Below, one piece after another: positions 38,262 to 48,996 of a stretch of DNA of 64,000 bases. The notes beneath the pieces are model-generated. The model had not been told where the DNA came from. It was given only the letters and a program-made list of their open reading frames with translations, and searched no databases. Location: positions 1 through 64,000 of the forward strand of contig CAXBMO010000002.1 in the NCBI GenBank assembly GCA_963977015.1, in the 5' to 3' direction. The stretch's first letter is position 1. Every line of letters starts with the position of its first letter. Position numbers and translations under genes: made by a program. Source of the DNA: an uncultured bacterium (GTDB taxonomy: Bacteria > Verrucomicrobiota > Verrucomicrobiia > Verrucomicrobiales > DEV007).

Positions 38262-38981
38262 ATGCGCAAGCACCTCTCCCTCCTTCTTATCATTTCTCTC
38301 CTCGGGTCCGCGTTGATCAGTTGTAAAACCACGTCTGCTCCACGAATTCCGAGAAACCGCGCCCAGCCGGAGGAGGCCCGGGAGCCGCTTGCACCGTTTT
38401 GGAATCGCCAGGCCAACTCCATTTACGCCTCCTCTGGATCCAGCTCCAACAGGTTGATCGGCCCAGACGGTGAGAAGATTCCACGCTCGGTTCGCAGAAT
38501 GCAGGCTCTCGAAGCCAAACATCGCCGGGCGATGACAGATCCCTCCAGAGAACTGTCCTCCAGAAAATCGCGACGGGCAGCCGAATCCCAAGTAAACGAG
38601 CCCAGCCGCACCGCATCCTCATCATTATCGTCCTCGAAACCTCAAAACCGGTCATCCTCAAGGACCTCCCTTCCCCCGGCATCGGCAGAAAGCGGAGCCG
38701 ACTTTTCCCCAGAATTTGAGACATCATTTTCTCCTGCCACGTTTAACCCGGCTGACGCCATTGAGGAAACCGCCCCCGAGCCTTCGTCAGAATCCACCGT
38801 CTTTGTCCCAACCAATCTTCCGTTCGCGGTTCCGATCCCCGGCAAAGATGGCTATGTGACCCTCCCACGGGGCAATTCTTATCGCGGTGAAATCGATGTT
38901 CGCGGTATCGGCTCAGGAACTCCCGTGGAGATTCCCGACCCCAACAGCCCTGGTGAAACGGTCCAGTTTCGCGTCCCCTGA
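38262..38981 (+). CDS. Hypothetical lipoprotein
   Basis: Lipobox LISC, Ser-rich linker, compact C-terminal domain (PIPGKDGYV..IDVRG..FRVP). Confidence 0.72.
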   Translation: MRKHLSLLLIISLLGSALISCKTTSAPRIPRNRAQPEEAREPLAPFWNRQANSIYASSGSSSNRLIGPDGEKIPRSVRRMQALEAKHRRAMTDPSRELSSRKSRRAAESQVNEPSRTASSSLSSSKPQNRSSSRTSLPPASAESGADFSPEFETSFSPATFNPADAIEETAPEPSSESTVFVPTNLPFAVPIPGKDGYVTLPRGNSYRGEIDVRGIGSGTPVEIPDPNSPGETVQFRVP

Positions 38982-39171
38982 AATCGGGAAAGGCCATGAG
39001 TCGCGCAACGGCGGATTAAAATGGCCTAATCAGTCAAAAATTGGCGCAAGACGTCACCGCTCGGTGGCGTGTTAGTGACGGAGCCTTGTCCGATAATTTT
39101 TTGAACAGAGGCTCCGCTCGTTGTTCTGAAGTAGAGCTACGTTGTTGCCCTTTGCGTTTAACGATTTCATT

Positions 39172-41988
39172 ATGAAGAAACTTCATCTCCTAAGTCTGCT
39201 TTTTGCCGCCACCGCTTTTGCCGCAGAAAATCCAGGTTTTGACTTCTACCGCGACATTGCTCCGATCCTGGAGTTCCAGTGCGTCGAATGTCACCAAGCT
39301 GACAAAATCAAGGGAGATCTCCGGATGGATACTCATGAATGGATCATGAAGGGAGGAGATTCCGGCGCTGCAATTGTTCCGGGAAAACCTGAGGAAAGCT
39401 CCATCATCGACCGCATCACGCTTCCCGAAGACGATGTTGATGTCATGCCTCCTGAAGGAGGAACTCTCTCGGAGAAAGAAATCGCCCTTCTGGAAAACTG
39501 GATCAAGGCCGGAGCTCCTTGGCCTGAAAATGCCCAATTGATCGCCAAGAACCCGGACGATTACAAAGGGCCCCAGCCACTTCCCGATCGCGGCAAAAAG
39601 ATCAAAGAAGTTAAAGTCTACCCCGAAGCGGTTGCCCTTGAGACGGGAAAAGATCGCCAGAGTTTGGTCGTCGTCGCAAAATACGAGGACGATACGACCT
39701 ACGACGTCACCGCCAATACCGAGTTCGTGCTTGGAAAGCCTGAAATGGCTGAGAAGCGCAAACACACCTTCTACCCCAAGGCCAATGGCGAAACCGAGTT
39801 GAAAGCCAAGGTCGGAGGGATCGAAGTTAGCGTTCCCTTCAAAGTCTCTGAGGCCGAGGTGCGCAAACCCACCAGCTTCAAGCTCGATGTCATGCCGGTT
39901 TTCATGCGGGAAAACTGTAACACGGGCGAATGTCACGGTTCAGCTCGCGGTCAGGACGGATTCATGCTGTCGTTGTTCGGATATGATCCCGATGGCGATT
40001 ATCACCGCGTTACTCGAGAAATGAACGGTCGGCGGATCAATTTGGCGATTCCCGAGGAAAGCCTGCTTGTCGAGAAATCCATTGAATCGGTTCCCCACAC
40101 CGGAGGTAAACTCTTTGAGAAAGGCAGCGAAAGCTACAAAACCATGGTCGATTGGCTGGCTGCTGGAGCCAACAAGGACGAAGGCGACCTCCCTGAAGTC
40201 GTTGATATCGACGTCATGCCTCATCAACTACTCTTGGAAGGTGACGGAACGAACCATCAACTGACCGTTCGGGCCAAATATTCCGATGGAACAGACCGGG
40301 ATGTTACGCACCTCGCCGTATTCATCACCAACAATCAGCCAACGGCAGACGTCAGCAAGGATGGGCTGATCACCGCAGGAAAACGCGGAGAAGCTTTCGT
40401 CATGGCTCGCTACGACACGTTTACCGTGGGAAGCCAAGTCATCGTCATTCCCGAAGGACTGGAATACAAACGCCCAACCATCCCGTCGAACAATTACATC
40501 GACGAACTGGTACACGAAAAGCTGCACAAGCTGAGGATGGTTCCCTCAGAGATCTGCGAAGACGACATCTTTCTTCGCCGGGTTTTCATCGACGTCCTTG
40601 GCCAATTGCCTGAGCGCGATGACTATGACGCCTTCGTGGCGAGCAAAGATCCCAAGAAACGGGAAAAACTCGTCGATCAATTGCTCGACCGGAAGGAATT
40701 TACGGAAATGTGGGTGATGAAGTGGGCTGAGTTGCTTCAAATTCGCTCCAGCGGCAATGTCAACCAAGGCTTGAGCTACAAAGCCGCCCTGCTCTATTTC
40801 AATTGGCTCCAAGAGAAGATTGCCGACAACGTTCCGATGGACGAAATCGTCCAGGATCTTCTCGCCTCAACGGGAGGAACTTTCGAAAACCCTCCAACCA
40901 ACTATTACAACACGGAGAGGGACCAACTGAAAGTGGCGGAGAATGTCGCTCAGGTGTTCATGGGGTTCCGGCTTCAGTGCGCTCAGTGTCACAATCACCC
41001 ATTTGATCGATGGACGATGGATGACTACTACGGTTGGGCCTCTTTCTTCACCCAGATTGGCCGCAAGAGCACCGAAGATCCTCGGGAACAGATCATCTAC
41101 AATCGTGGCAGCGGCGATGCAAAACACCCAGTTGGCAATCGCTCGGTGAAACCTCAATTTTTGGGAGGCACAGCCCTCACCGATGATCAATTGAAAGGAA
41201 AAGACCGCCGCGAGCTCATGGCGCAATGGATGACGGCTCCAGAGAATCCTTACTTCCGCACCAACATCGCCAACATTGTTTGGTCTCACTTTTTCGGCGC
41301 AGGAATCATAGATCCCGTAGACGATGTCCGAGTGAGTAATCCTCCTTCAAATCCTGAGTTGCTGACCGCCCTTGGGAACAAATTTGTCGAATACAAGTAT
41401 GATTTCCGCAAGGTGGTCAGAGATATCTGCAATTCCAGAACCTATCAGCTTTCAACGAAGGCGAACGGAACCAACAAAGACGATTTGACCAATTTCTCGA
41501 AGGCCCGCGTTCGCAGAATGCGTGCTGAGGTTCTCCTCGACACCATCACTCAAGTCACGGAAACCAAGAACAAATTCAAGGGGTTACCTCTTGGGGCAAG
41601 GGCTGTTCAGGTTGCTGATGGAAATACCAGCAATTACTTCCTGCAAACCTTTGGACGGGCATCCCGCGAAACCGTTTGTTCCTGTGAAGTCAGAATGGAT
41701 CCGAGCCTGTCACAGGCGCTTCACCTCATGAATGGCAGCACGGTCACCTCCAAAATCGACGGAGGGGCTCTCGTTCGCCGACTGATGACGGAAAAGAAAC
41801 TCACTCCTGAACAGATTGTTGAAGATCTCTACATTCGCTGCGTGAGCCGGAAACCAACTGCTGATGAGATGAAAGCCGTCACCGAGCAGGTAAAGGCGAT
41901 TGGCGATGATCCCAAGCAGCAAGAACTGGTTCTCAATGACGTTTTCTGGGCGCTCTTGAATTCCAAGGAATATCTTTTCAACCACTAA
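39172..41988 (+). CDS. PSCyt1 cytochrome c + Ig-like + DUF1549/DUF1553 domain protein
   Basis: CVECH, CNTGECHG, FLRRVFID, CAQCHNHPFD, NPPSNPELL, RMRAEVLLD, WALLNSKEYLFNH. Confidence 0.92.
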   Translation: MKKLHLLSLLFAATAFAAENPGFDFYRDIAPILEFQCVECHQADKIKGDLRMDTHEWIMKGGDSGAAIVPGKPEESSIIDRITLPEDDVDVMPPEGGTLSEKEIALLENWIKAGAPWPENAQLIAKNPDDYKGPQPLPDRGKKIKEVKVYPEAVALETGKDRQSLVVVAKYEDDTTYDVTANTEFVLGKPEMAEKRKHTFYPKANGETELKAKVGGIEVSVPFKVSEAEVRKPTSFKLDVMPVFMRENCNTGECHGSARGQDGFMLSLFGYDPDGDYHRVTREMNGRRINLAIPEESLLVEKSIESVPHTGGKLFEKGSESYKTMVDWLAAGANKDEGDLPEVVDIDVMPHQLLLEGDGTNHQLTVRAKYSDGTDRDVTHLAVFITNNQPTADVSKDGLITAGKRGEAFVMARYDTFTVGSQVIVIPEGLEYKRPTIPSNNYIDELVHEKLHKLRMVPSEICEDDIFLRRVFIDVLGQLPERDDYDAFVASKDPKKREKLVDQLLDRKEFTEMWVMKWAELLQIRSSGNVNQGLSYKAALLYFNWLQEKIADNVPMDEIVQDLLASTGGTFENPPTNYYNTERDQLKVAENVAQVFMGFRLQCAQCHNHPFDRWTMDDYYGWASFFTQIGRKSTEDPREQIIYNRGSGDAKHPVGNRSVKPQFLGGTALTDDQLKGKDRRELMAQWMTAPENPYFRTNIANIVWSHFFGAGIIDPVDDVRVSNPPSNPELLTALGNKFVEYKYDFRKVVRDICNSRTYQLSTKANGTNKDDLTNFSKARVRRMRAEVLLDTITQVTETKNKFKGLPLGARAVQVADGNTSNYFLQTFGRASRETVCSCEVRMDPSLSQALHLMNGSTVTSKIDGGALVRRLMTEKKLTPEQIVEDLYIRCVSRKPTADEMKAVTEQVKAIGDDPKQQELVLNDVFWALLNSKEYLFNH

Positions 41989-42804
41989 ACGCCTCTTCCA
42001 CTACTCCTTCCTTGTTGGACGGCGCTCTTTTCGGAGCGGTCTCCAAGGCTTGGAAGGGCGTCGGAACGCGAGACGAAATGGCAGTAATCCCTCTATTGAA
42101 CTCCGTTGGTCTGGAGTAAGAGGCAGCCGATGAGACTCCGAACCCTAAGTTCTTGGCCAAACTTTGGATGATCAGCACCATCCTTTGGGCCGATCCTCAT
42201 CATATCCCTAACAAGGCTTCAGGGAAGGTTCTCCATTTGGAGGCGTTTCCATCATCTAACGGCCCAATCTGCCGAGTTAGAGCAGAGCAAACGGAGGATA
42301 TCGCCAATGCCGCAAGGAGATTTGGCGACCTGCAAGGCGTTACAGGCAACCAGAGGAAGCCCGGAAACCGAACAAAAATGCTACAGGAGACCAATGATGC
42401 AGGCTGCCGGGTGTCCGCTGATACTTGTTCCTTCTGTAAAACCGCTCTCTTTCCTGACCGCCGTCATTCTCACTGCCCACAGGCCCAGGGAAACGGCCCC
42501 GGCCACACCCTATCAATAGGATTCATGGCCCTTTTCTGACACGATCCTCATCTGCGCGACCAATGGCCTTTCAGGCCCGCAAAATCCGCCTGACAGCCCA
42601 TCCACTAACTCGAATTCCCCTTGGTCAAACCAGGTCGATCCCCCGATGACGATGCCTGTCAGGCACCACCAAATCGGGCTCCGGTTAATGCATGGAGCCA
42701 TTTCGCGCTCACCGACGCCCCAATCATTGAGTTTCCCTAAATCTTCAATAATACAGAATTAAATGGTTGCATTGATAGTTAACCTTCATTAAATAAGACC
42801 CCGT

Positions 42805-43971
42805 ATGCACGCACAAAACCAAAACCAAGGCCCCCGGTTCTTATGGACCGTTGGCTTCCTAGCGCTCGGCACTCTGAGCGCAATAGGTGCGAGTAGCCTG
42901 TTCCCATGGTATCTCGCAATTGTGATAGCGGTACTTGTTGCCGGACTTGCAAGCGCTAGCGCGTTTCAGTTCCGCTCAACGGGTAACCTGCTCTACCTAG
43001 TAGCTACAGTGGCAATGACACTGCTAGCCTCCGGCTTGGACGGAGTCTCCGTTTGGGAGATTCTCAACAAGCGTCAAAACCAGGATCTCAGTGCCTCTCG
43101 TGCTGAGAAAGTCGTCTATGAAACGCAACTCGAAGCCGCTGAGGCTGAGATTGCAGCAGCTCGCACCGAAGTTCAAGCAATGGTGCAGGTTGCTACTGAC
43201 ATGGACAATGATGGAAAAGGTGACAACGATCACCTGATTCCGGGGCAATTGGCCCTGATTGAAGCTAAGCGCGCCGATCTTGCTGGTCTGGTCGCTGCTG
43301 TTGCACCCCTCCGTGCTCAAGTTGTTTCTGCCGCTGCAATTGCAGCCCAGAACGATACAGGCCGACATGTGCTTCTGCAGATGGCCGACAAACAGGAAAA
43401 GCCTGCTCAATGGCTCATTTCCCGCGCGGCAATTGTATTCTGCATCCCAGAATTCACGTTGGCGCTGTTGGCTTGGAGTTTGCGCTCCGGATCCAGTTCT
43501 ACATCGAATGGTTCCTACCAGCCTGTCCAGGCTCGCGGTTTGGCGGCCCTGACGGCCATGCCTGAACATCAAGTTCAGCCGCAACCTCAACATCGGGAAA
43601 TCCCACAACCACAGCCACAGGCTCCGTTGCCTGTTCCGCGGCAACATACCGAGGTTGTTGCTGCTGCGTCGCCACCAGCGGCGCGTCGGAAGACCTCGCA
43701 CGTCAGAACTCGAGAACGTGAACGAGTTGAAGAACCAACTACCAATGAAGTTAGTAACAATACAGAAATAGCATCAGCTACCCCAATCAATAATAACAAC
43801 AACCGAACAAACTCAACACAACCCGCGCCGGAAAGCGCAGAACCTAGCAGCACCCCTGTTAATTCAAGTCGTCCGGCTCAATCCATAAAAGCTAAACGTT
43901 CAGGACCATCAAAACTGTTTTCCAGAGGAAGACGGGCCCATCCAGAGGCTGGTATGGTTCTAAACAATTGA
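42805..43971 (+). CDS. Hypothetical membrane protein with coiled coil and disordered Q/P/N-rich tail
   Basis: 388-aa ORF with three N-terminal TM segments, an Ala-rich coiled coil, another TM, AT-rich upstream region and a downstream terminator. Confidence 0.75.
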   Translation: MHAQNQNQGPRFLWTVGFLALGTLSAIGASSLFPWYLAIVIAVLVAGLASASAFQFRSTGNLLYLVATVAMTLLASGLDGVSVWEILNKRQNQDLSASRAEKVVYETQLEAAEAEIAAARTEVQAMVQVATDMDNDGKGDNDHLIPGQLALIEAKRADLAGLVAAVAPLRAQVVSAAAIAAQNDTGRHVLLQMADKQEKPAQWLISRAAIVFCIPEFTLALLAWSLRSGSSSTSNGSYQPVQARGLAALTAMPEHQVQPQPQHREIPQPQPQAPLPVPRQHTEVVAAASPPAARRKTSHVRTRERERVEEPTTNEVSNNTEIASATPINNNNNRTNSTQPAPESAEPSSTPVNSSRPAQSIKAKRSGPSKLFSRGRRAHPEAGMVLNN

Positions 43972-43998
43972 TACTAAGCTGATTTAAACCAAATTTTC

Positions 43999-44032
43999 AA
44001 ACCTCGTCCGGTTCGCCGGACGGGGTTTTTTT
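43999..44032 (+). terminator. Intrinsic terminator (likely bidirectional)
   Basis: AAACCTCGTCCGG-TTCG-CCGGACGGGGTTT followed by more Ts. Confidence 0.85.
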
Positions 44033-44057
44033 GTGTTCATATTTCGACAGCTTCAAC

Positions 44058-45266
44058 CTACTTTTTCTTCCGGAAAGGAAGCCGCAGGCCGGATGATGTT
44101 GGTCGAGACGCACCGCTCTCCGAGGTCTTCGCTTTGACGTTTGCCGAACCCGAGTCCGATCCTCCACTTGATTTAGCCGTTGAAGCTGAAGTTTGCTGAG
44201 GACTCACCTCATCCTCCTTGATGTTTTTCACCTGCTTGCGAACCAGCCAATGCTGTTGCAATGCCTGGCCAAGAAGTTCGTACTCTTCAATCGCCTTCTG
44301 CATGACAACGGCAACTTCAGTGAATTGATTGACTGCTTTGTCCGTGGCATTGAGCATGGAAGGGAGTGAAGACAGCGATTCGTTCACTTCCATTGTGGCT
44401 TTTTCGATTTGCGTAATGGTGCTCTTCAATTGATTCGCAAGATTTTCATCATTGAAGAGCGCTCCGGCGATCCCGCTTTCACCATCTTTCATCCCGCTGA
44501 GCAGGTCATTGATCGCCGTGACCGACTTACTCACATCAGCTGAGGCGGTTTCAAAGTTCTCCAGGGTCGCCTTCATCCTCAACGCAGCCTCATTGTCATT
44601 CACCAGCAGGCCAATCACACTTTCCTCCATGCTGGCCTTATCCGCGATTTCGCGCAATGAAGCCAGCGCCTGCTTAAGATCGCCGTCCTGCTTGTTAAAG
44701 GAATCTGCCAGTTCCCCAACTTTTACGGTTGTGATCGAAATATTGTTTACCGCTCGCTCGACCGCCGCTTCGATATTCTCTTTCTTTTCCAGTCGGAGAT
44801 ACAGCTCGTCCGAGGCTCCAACCGCATTGGTTCCCCTGGAGATGTCAAAATAGGGAGCCCCGAAACCACCCCAATCATACTTGAGATTGGCAATGGAGTC
44901 AGATCCCACGAACGCGATCCAATCCCCCTTGACCTTGAGCACGGCAACAATCTCGACGTTGATGGGTTGAACCAGCATCGGATCGAACGTTTTGGTCGTA
45001 ATCGTCCCATCAGCGGCACGACTTTTCTCTCTGAACTCGATGCGTTCCACCGTCCCAGCCCTGCTGCCCATGATTTTGACGTCCGTGCCAGGTTTCACAT
45101 CATTCGTGCTTTCACCTTCAAGCACCACGCGAATGACACGCCTTGGCTCAAACCAGCCCTGAGCTTGCCCACTGAGTACGATTCCGACGACCAAGAGAAC
45201 CGCGGCCAGCAGCACAAAGAAGCCAGCTATCTCGCTGACATACCGAAAACGAAAAGGTTTCTCCAT
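44058..45266 (-). CDS. mlaD: MlaD/MCE-family protein
   Basis: N-terminal TM, VKPGTDVKIMGSRAGTVERI MCE motif, long helical region; downstream of mlaE. Confidence 0.8.
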   Translation of the reverse strand: MEKPFRFRYVSEIAGFFVLLAAVLLVVGIVLSGQAQGWFEPRRVIRVVLEGESTNDVKPGTDVKIMGSRAGTVERIEFREKSRAADGTITTKTFDPMLVQPINVEIVAVLKVKGDWIAFVGSDSIANLKYDWGGFGAPYFDISRGTNAVGASDELYLRLEKKENIEAAVERAVNNISITTVKVGELADSFNKQDGDLKQALASLREIADKASMEESVIGLLVNDNEAALRMKATLENFETASADVSKSVTAINDLLSGMKDGESGIAGALFNDENLANQLKSTITQIEKATMEVNESLSSLPSMLNATDKAVNQFTEVAVVMQKAIEEYELLGQALQQHWLVRKQVKNIKEDEVSPQQTSASTAKSSGGSDSGSANVKAKTSESGASRPTSSGLRLPFRKKK

Positions 45267-45307
45267 AAGCTTGCTTAGAATACTAAGTTCATTTGTATCA
45301 TTGATGT

Positions 45308-46012
45308 TCAGCGGAATTCGCCACTCAGGGCCTCGGGACACGTTTCAAACCGATAAGTGGGTTCAACATCCAGGCGCTCAAACGTGTCTCCCTGGTAATC
45401 GATCCACAAAACAGGAGTGCCATCGGCACGGACTCTCTGAATCTGCTGAATCAAGGGACGCATTTGCTCTAATGTGAGGTGATATCCTGGTCGTTCCAGA
45501 ATCAACAGCTTGAGCGGATCCGGAAGAAAGGCTCTGACCCATTGGGCTTTGGTCAATTCTTCAGCAGACGCGTTTGACGGCCTCGAATGCGGCAACACTT
45601 GAAACCCGAATCGCTGTCCCATTTCCTGGGCGCGTTCGTGAACCGTGGCAAGGGTTTGGCCAGGCCGAAAGAACTGCGCAACCATGATGTTTTCATCAAT
45701 ATCGAGGTTGTGAAGCCAATTTGAGCCGCCGCGAGGGGCAAAAACCCTTCCGATTTGGCTGCGATTCCGCAACAAATCCGGTGCCCCCATTCTGGTCCAA
45801 TCTTCCCCGAGAAACTCAATCGTCCCGGATGACGGCCGGCGGAGGCCCATGGCCAGATCCGCGATTTCCGGGGTCTTCTTTTGGGAGTCCGAACAAAAGA
45901 GAGCGAGTTCCCCGGCACCGAGTGCAAGACTGAATCCGCTCTCCCCCTCTCCAGATAAATAATTCAAACGAACATCACTGAAGCGCAAAACAATGTCCGT
46001 ATTCTTCTTCAT
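45308..46012 (-). CDS. ABC ATP-binding-like (MlaF position) protein with degenerate motifs
   Basis: GLRRPSSGTIEFLGEDW, QIGRVF, NLDIDENI, LLILERP; lies between mlaE and mlaD. Confidence 0.75.
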   Translation of the reverse strand: MKKNTDIVLRFSDVRLNYLSGEGESGFSLALGAGELALFCSDSQKKTPEIADLAMGLRRPSSGTIEFLGEDWTRMGAPDLLRNRSQIGRVFAPRGGSNWLHNLDIDENIMVAQFFRPGQTLATVHERAQEMGQRFGFQVLPHSRPSNASAEELTKAQWVRAFLPDPLKLLILERPGYHLTLEQMRPLIQQIQRVRADGTPVLWIDYQGDTFERLDVEPTYRFETCPEALSGEFR

Positions 46013-46803
46013 CAGATGTAGGTAATGATCATAACGGCCCCTGAGATGATGACGGTCGCGCTGATCGACCGCAGGATGGCTCGACTCACGGCTTGAGGAA
46101 CTTCCGTACTGGCTCCCTTGACGCGCAACCCCTCGTAACAGCAAATGGCGCCCATGAAGAGGCCCGGCAAAATGCTCTTGATACCAAGCGCAAACCAGTC
46201 CCTCAAAAAGACGGATCCAAAGACGCTTTGCAAGAATGGGATGGGCCCCTGCCCTTCTGTATTGATGAAGACGAATCCCAAACCACTTGCGACAATGGCA
46301 ACCGCCAGAAAGACGCAACTAAGACCGAAAACACAAATTGCCAAGCCTACCATCCTTGGAACCGCCAAATAACTGAAAATGTCGATACCTTGCGCTTCGA
46401 GGAGAGCAACCTGGCCGGTTGTTTTCATCGTTGCGAGCTCTGTGGTCACCGCTGAAGCACTTGCCCCGATCACAATAAACGTGGCCAGGAACGGAGCGGC
46501 CTCCCGAATTAACAGAGCGCCAACCATTCTCCCCAAAAACTCGATTTTATCGGTGTATTGCAGCCAAAAAAAACACTGCACATAGACCATCGCGCCAACG
46601 ACTGCTGCAACCATCATCGTGAACGGGACTGCATCGACACCCGCAAAGAGAATTTGCCGGGCAAGGCGGTCTCTCACCGGAAAAACCCACGTCCGGGGAT
46701 TGAGGGCACGTGTCATTCCAACCACCATCATGGTGCTTAAATAGAATTCTTGTTGAGCCCTTGCGATGCTGTTACGCCCAATTTTTGCGAGAATTCCAGA
46801 CAT
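46012..46803 (-). CDS. mlaE: MlaE-family ABC permease
   Basis: [51 protein letters not shown]. Confidence 0.9.
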   Translation of the reverse strand: MSGILAKIGRNSIARAQQEFYLSTMMVVGMTRALNPRTWVFPVRDRLARQILFAGVDAVPFTMMVAAVVGAMVYVQCFFWLQYTDKIEFLGRMVGALLIREAAPFLATFIVIGASASAVTTELATMKTTGQVALLEAQGIDIFSYLAVPRMVGLAICVFGLSCVFLAVAIVASGLGFVFINTEGQGPIPFLQSVFGSVFLRDWFALGIKSILPGLFMGAICCYEGLRVKGASTEVPQAVSRAILRSISATVIISGAVMIITYI

Positions 46804-46853
46804 CTTGCCGTAGATTCCACGTTTTCAGTAACTCGAGCAACCCAAAAAACCGG

Positions 46854-47114
46854 TTAATCACGCTTCCACCAATCAGATTCTTTCTCCCAGGAGTTGGTGT
46901 CAGCGCGTTGCTCTTCTTCCGTTTCAAGAATGTCCCCCAAGCTCGTGGGGTCTGGCAGCGGATTCCGCGCCCGATACCGAAGCCGCAAAATGAAGAGCCC
47001 AACGGCAACCAGCATCAAAAGAATCAAGGAGATGCTAAAAATCGCCATCCAAAACGTTCCGGGATGAGGCGATGCTGCCGCTTCGGTATTCTGATTGGGC
47101 AAGATAATCATCAT
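46854..47114 (-). CDS. Small single-TM hypothetical protein
   Basis: Hydrophobic segment plus acidic tail ending [11 protein letters not shown]; co-oriented upstream of mlaE. Confidence 0.6.
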   Translation of the reverse strand: MMIILPNQNTEAAASPHPGTFWMAIFSISLILLMLVAVGLFILRLRYRARNPLPDPTSLGDILETEEEQRADTNSWEKESDWWKRD

Positions 47115-47258
47115 GGCAAAACTGACTTACGAAAATGCGACTCACTAGAGACTATACTCGCAAAAGAAACGCTTGACCCCTTTCCGAGCTCGAAAGATAT
47201 TCCCTTGCTTCGGATTAAGTCGAATCCGCAGTCTCTGTTTTTGGTCGAATTGGCTGTC

Positions 47259-48953
47259 ATGGCGCGAAAGGCTCCCCCACAAATTTCCTCAGACAACGCC
47301 TCGCAGGTCGCGAATGCGCATGCAAAGCCCGCCCCAAAGGCTCGCAGCAAAAAGTCTGATCCTTCTCCAGTTGCATCCCCTGCCTCTGATATCGATTCAC
47401 CAGAGATTCGTGAACGATTACGGGATCTCATCAAACTCGCCAAGGAACAGGACTATCTGACCTACGACGACCTCAACGAGGCGCTTCCGGACACGGTCGT
47501 TTCGCCCGAGGCCATTGAAGAGATTCTTGATCGTCTTCGAAGCATGGAATTTTCGATCATCGATTCTTCAGAGGTCGATCAACTAAACAAGGGCGATGAC
47601 AAGGCGGATGAACTGGATGAACGCCCGAAACCGGACCCCAAACTGGACGTGCTCGACGATCCGGTCCGAATGTATCTGAAGCAGATGGGTCAAGTCCCAT
47701 TGCTGACCCGTGACGAAGAGGTTTTGATCTCGAAGCGGATCGAGAAAGCCGAAAGCTGCGTTCAACGCATCATTCATCAGTTTGGCTTTACCCCAGACGC
47801 CTACCTTGACTTGGCGGCACGCCTTATGGAAGGCGAAGAACGCTTTGACCGGGTTATCGTCGATAAAAAGGTCGAGAATCGCGACAAATATCTTCGCGCA
47901 GTCCCCAAACTCTGCGATCAAATCACAGAGTTGCGGACGCAGATTGGCAAGCTCCGCGCCTCAATCGCAAAGTCGAAGGGAGCCAAAAAGGATGCGCTCG
48001 AACAGGATCTCAAGAAGGCCGCATCCAGCCTACACCGAATTTACGGGAAGTTTCATTTCAAGCAGAAGGTCACCGAAGAATTTGTCTCTCTGGCTGATCA
48101 ATACCTCGGACAGGTCGGCGATGACTCGGATCAAGAGCAATTCGCCGAATTGACGTGGATGGCTCCAGAAGCGTTTTCCAACGCGTTGGAAGAAGCGAAC
48201 AAGTGGCTGGAAGAGTCGCGTCAAGCCAAGGAAGAGATGGTCGAGGCGAACCTGAGACTGGTCATTTCCATCGCAAAGAAGTACACCAACCGCGGGTTGT
48301 CCTTTCTCGATTTGATTCAGGAAGGGAACATGGGGTTGATGAAAGCGGTCGAGAAATTCGAGTACAAGCGCGGCTACAAGTTTTCGACCTACGCAACCTG
48401 GTGGATTCGCCAGGCGATTACCCGGTCCATTGCCGATCAGGCCCGAACCATTCGAATTCCGGTCCATATGATCGAGACCATCAACAAGCTGATGCGGGTG
48501 CAAAAGCAGTTGGTCCAGGAATACGGACGTGAACCAACGGCGGACGAAATTGCCGACGAAATTCATTTACCAGTCGAGCGGGTGCGCGCCGTTCTCAAAA
48601 TGGCGCAGCAGCCGATTAGCCTGCAGGCCCCGGTTGGAGACGGCGATGAAACCAGTTTTGGAGACTTTATCGAGGATAAGAGTGCCGAAGACCCAAGTGA
48701 CATCACCGCCTTCAGCATCTTGAAGGACAAGATTCGCGAAGTCCTCGACACGCTGACCGAGCGGGAACGCCAAGTATTGGAACAACGCTTTGGATTGATT
48801 GATGGTTACAGCCGCACCTTGGAAGAGGTCGGAAAGCAATTTGAGGTAACTCGCGAACGAATTCGCCAAATTGAGGCCAAAGCCCTACGAAAAATGCGTC
48901 ATCCAACCCGGATTCGACAACTCGAGGGTTTCCTCGAGATGACGCAGCTCTGA
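47259..48953 (+). CDS. rpoD: RNA polymerase primary sigma factor
   Basis: Region 1.1 ([12 protein letters not shown]), [56 protein letters not shown]. Confidence 0.97.
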   Translation: MARKAPPQISSDNASQVANAHAKPAPKARSKKSDPSPVASPASDIDSPEIRERLRDLIKLAKEQDYLTYDDLNEALPDTVVSPEAIEEILDRLRSMEFSIIDSSEVDQLNKGDDKADELDERPKPDPKLDVLDDPVRMYLKQMGQVPLLTRDEEVLISKRIEKAESCVQRIIHQFGFTPDAYLDLAARLMEGEERFDRVIVDKKVENRDKYLRAVPKLCDQITELRTQIGKLRASIAKSKGAKKDALEQDLKKAASSLHRIYGKFHFKQKVTEEFVSLADQYLGQVGDDSDQEQFAELTWMAPEAFSNALEEANKWLEESRQAKEEMVEANLRLVISIAKKYTNRGLSFLDLIQEGNMGLMKAVEKFEYKRGYKFSTYATWWIRQAITRSIADQARTIRIPVHMIETINKLMRVQKQLVQEYGREPTADEIADEIHLPVERVRAVLKMAQQPISLQAPVGDGDETSFGDFIEDKSAEDPSDITAFSILKDKIREVLDTLTERERQVLEQRFGLIDGYSRTLEEVGKQFEVTRERIRQIEAKALRKMRHPTRIRQLEGFLEMTQL

Positions 48954-48996
48954 TTTTTTTGCAACTTTCCTGTCCAAACAGAGTTGAATCCGGCGA

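Noticed and set aside
39047-39116. Two hairpins upstream of the DUF1549 gene as a riboswitch
   Set aside because: No recognisable aptamer consensus; could be a weak terminator or chance pairing
46710-47258. 183-aa N-terminal extension of RpoD
   Set aside because: Overlaps mlaE and the small TM gene on the other strand; ATG 47259 gives a normal sigma-70 start
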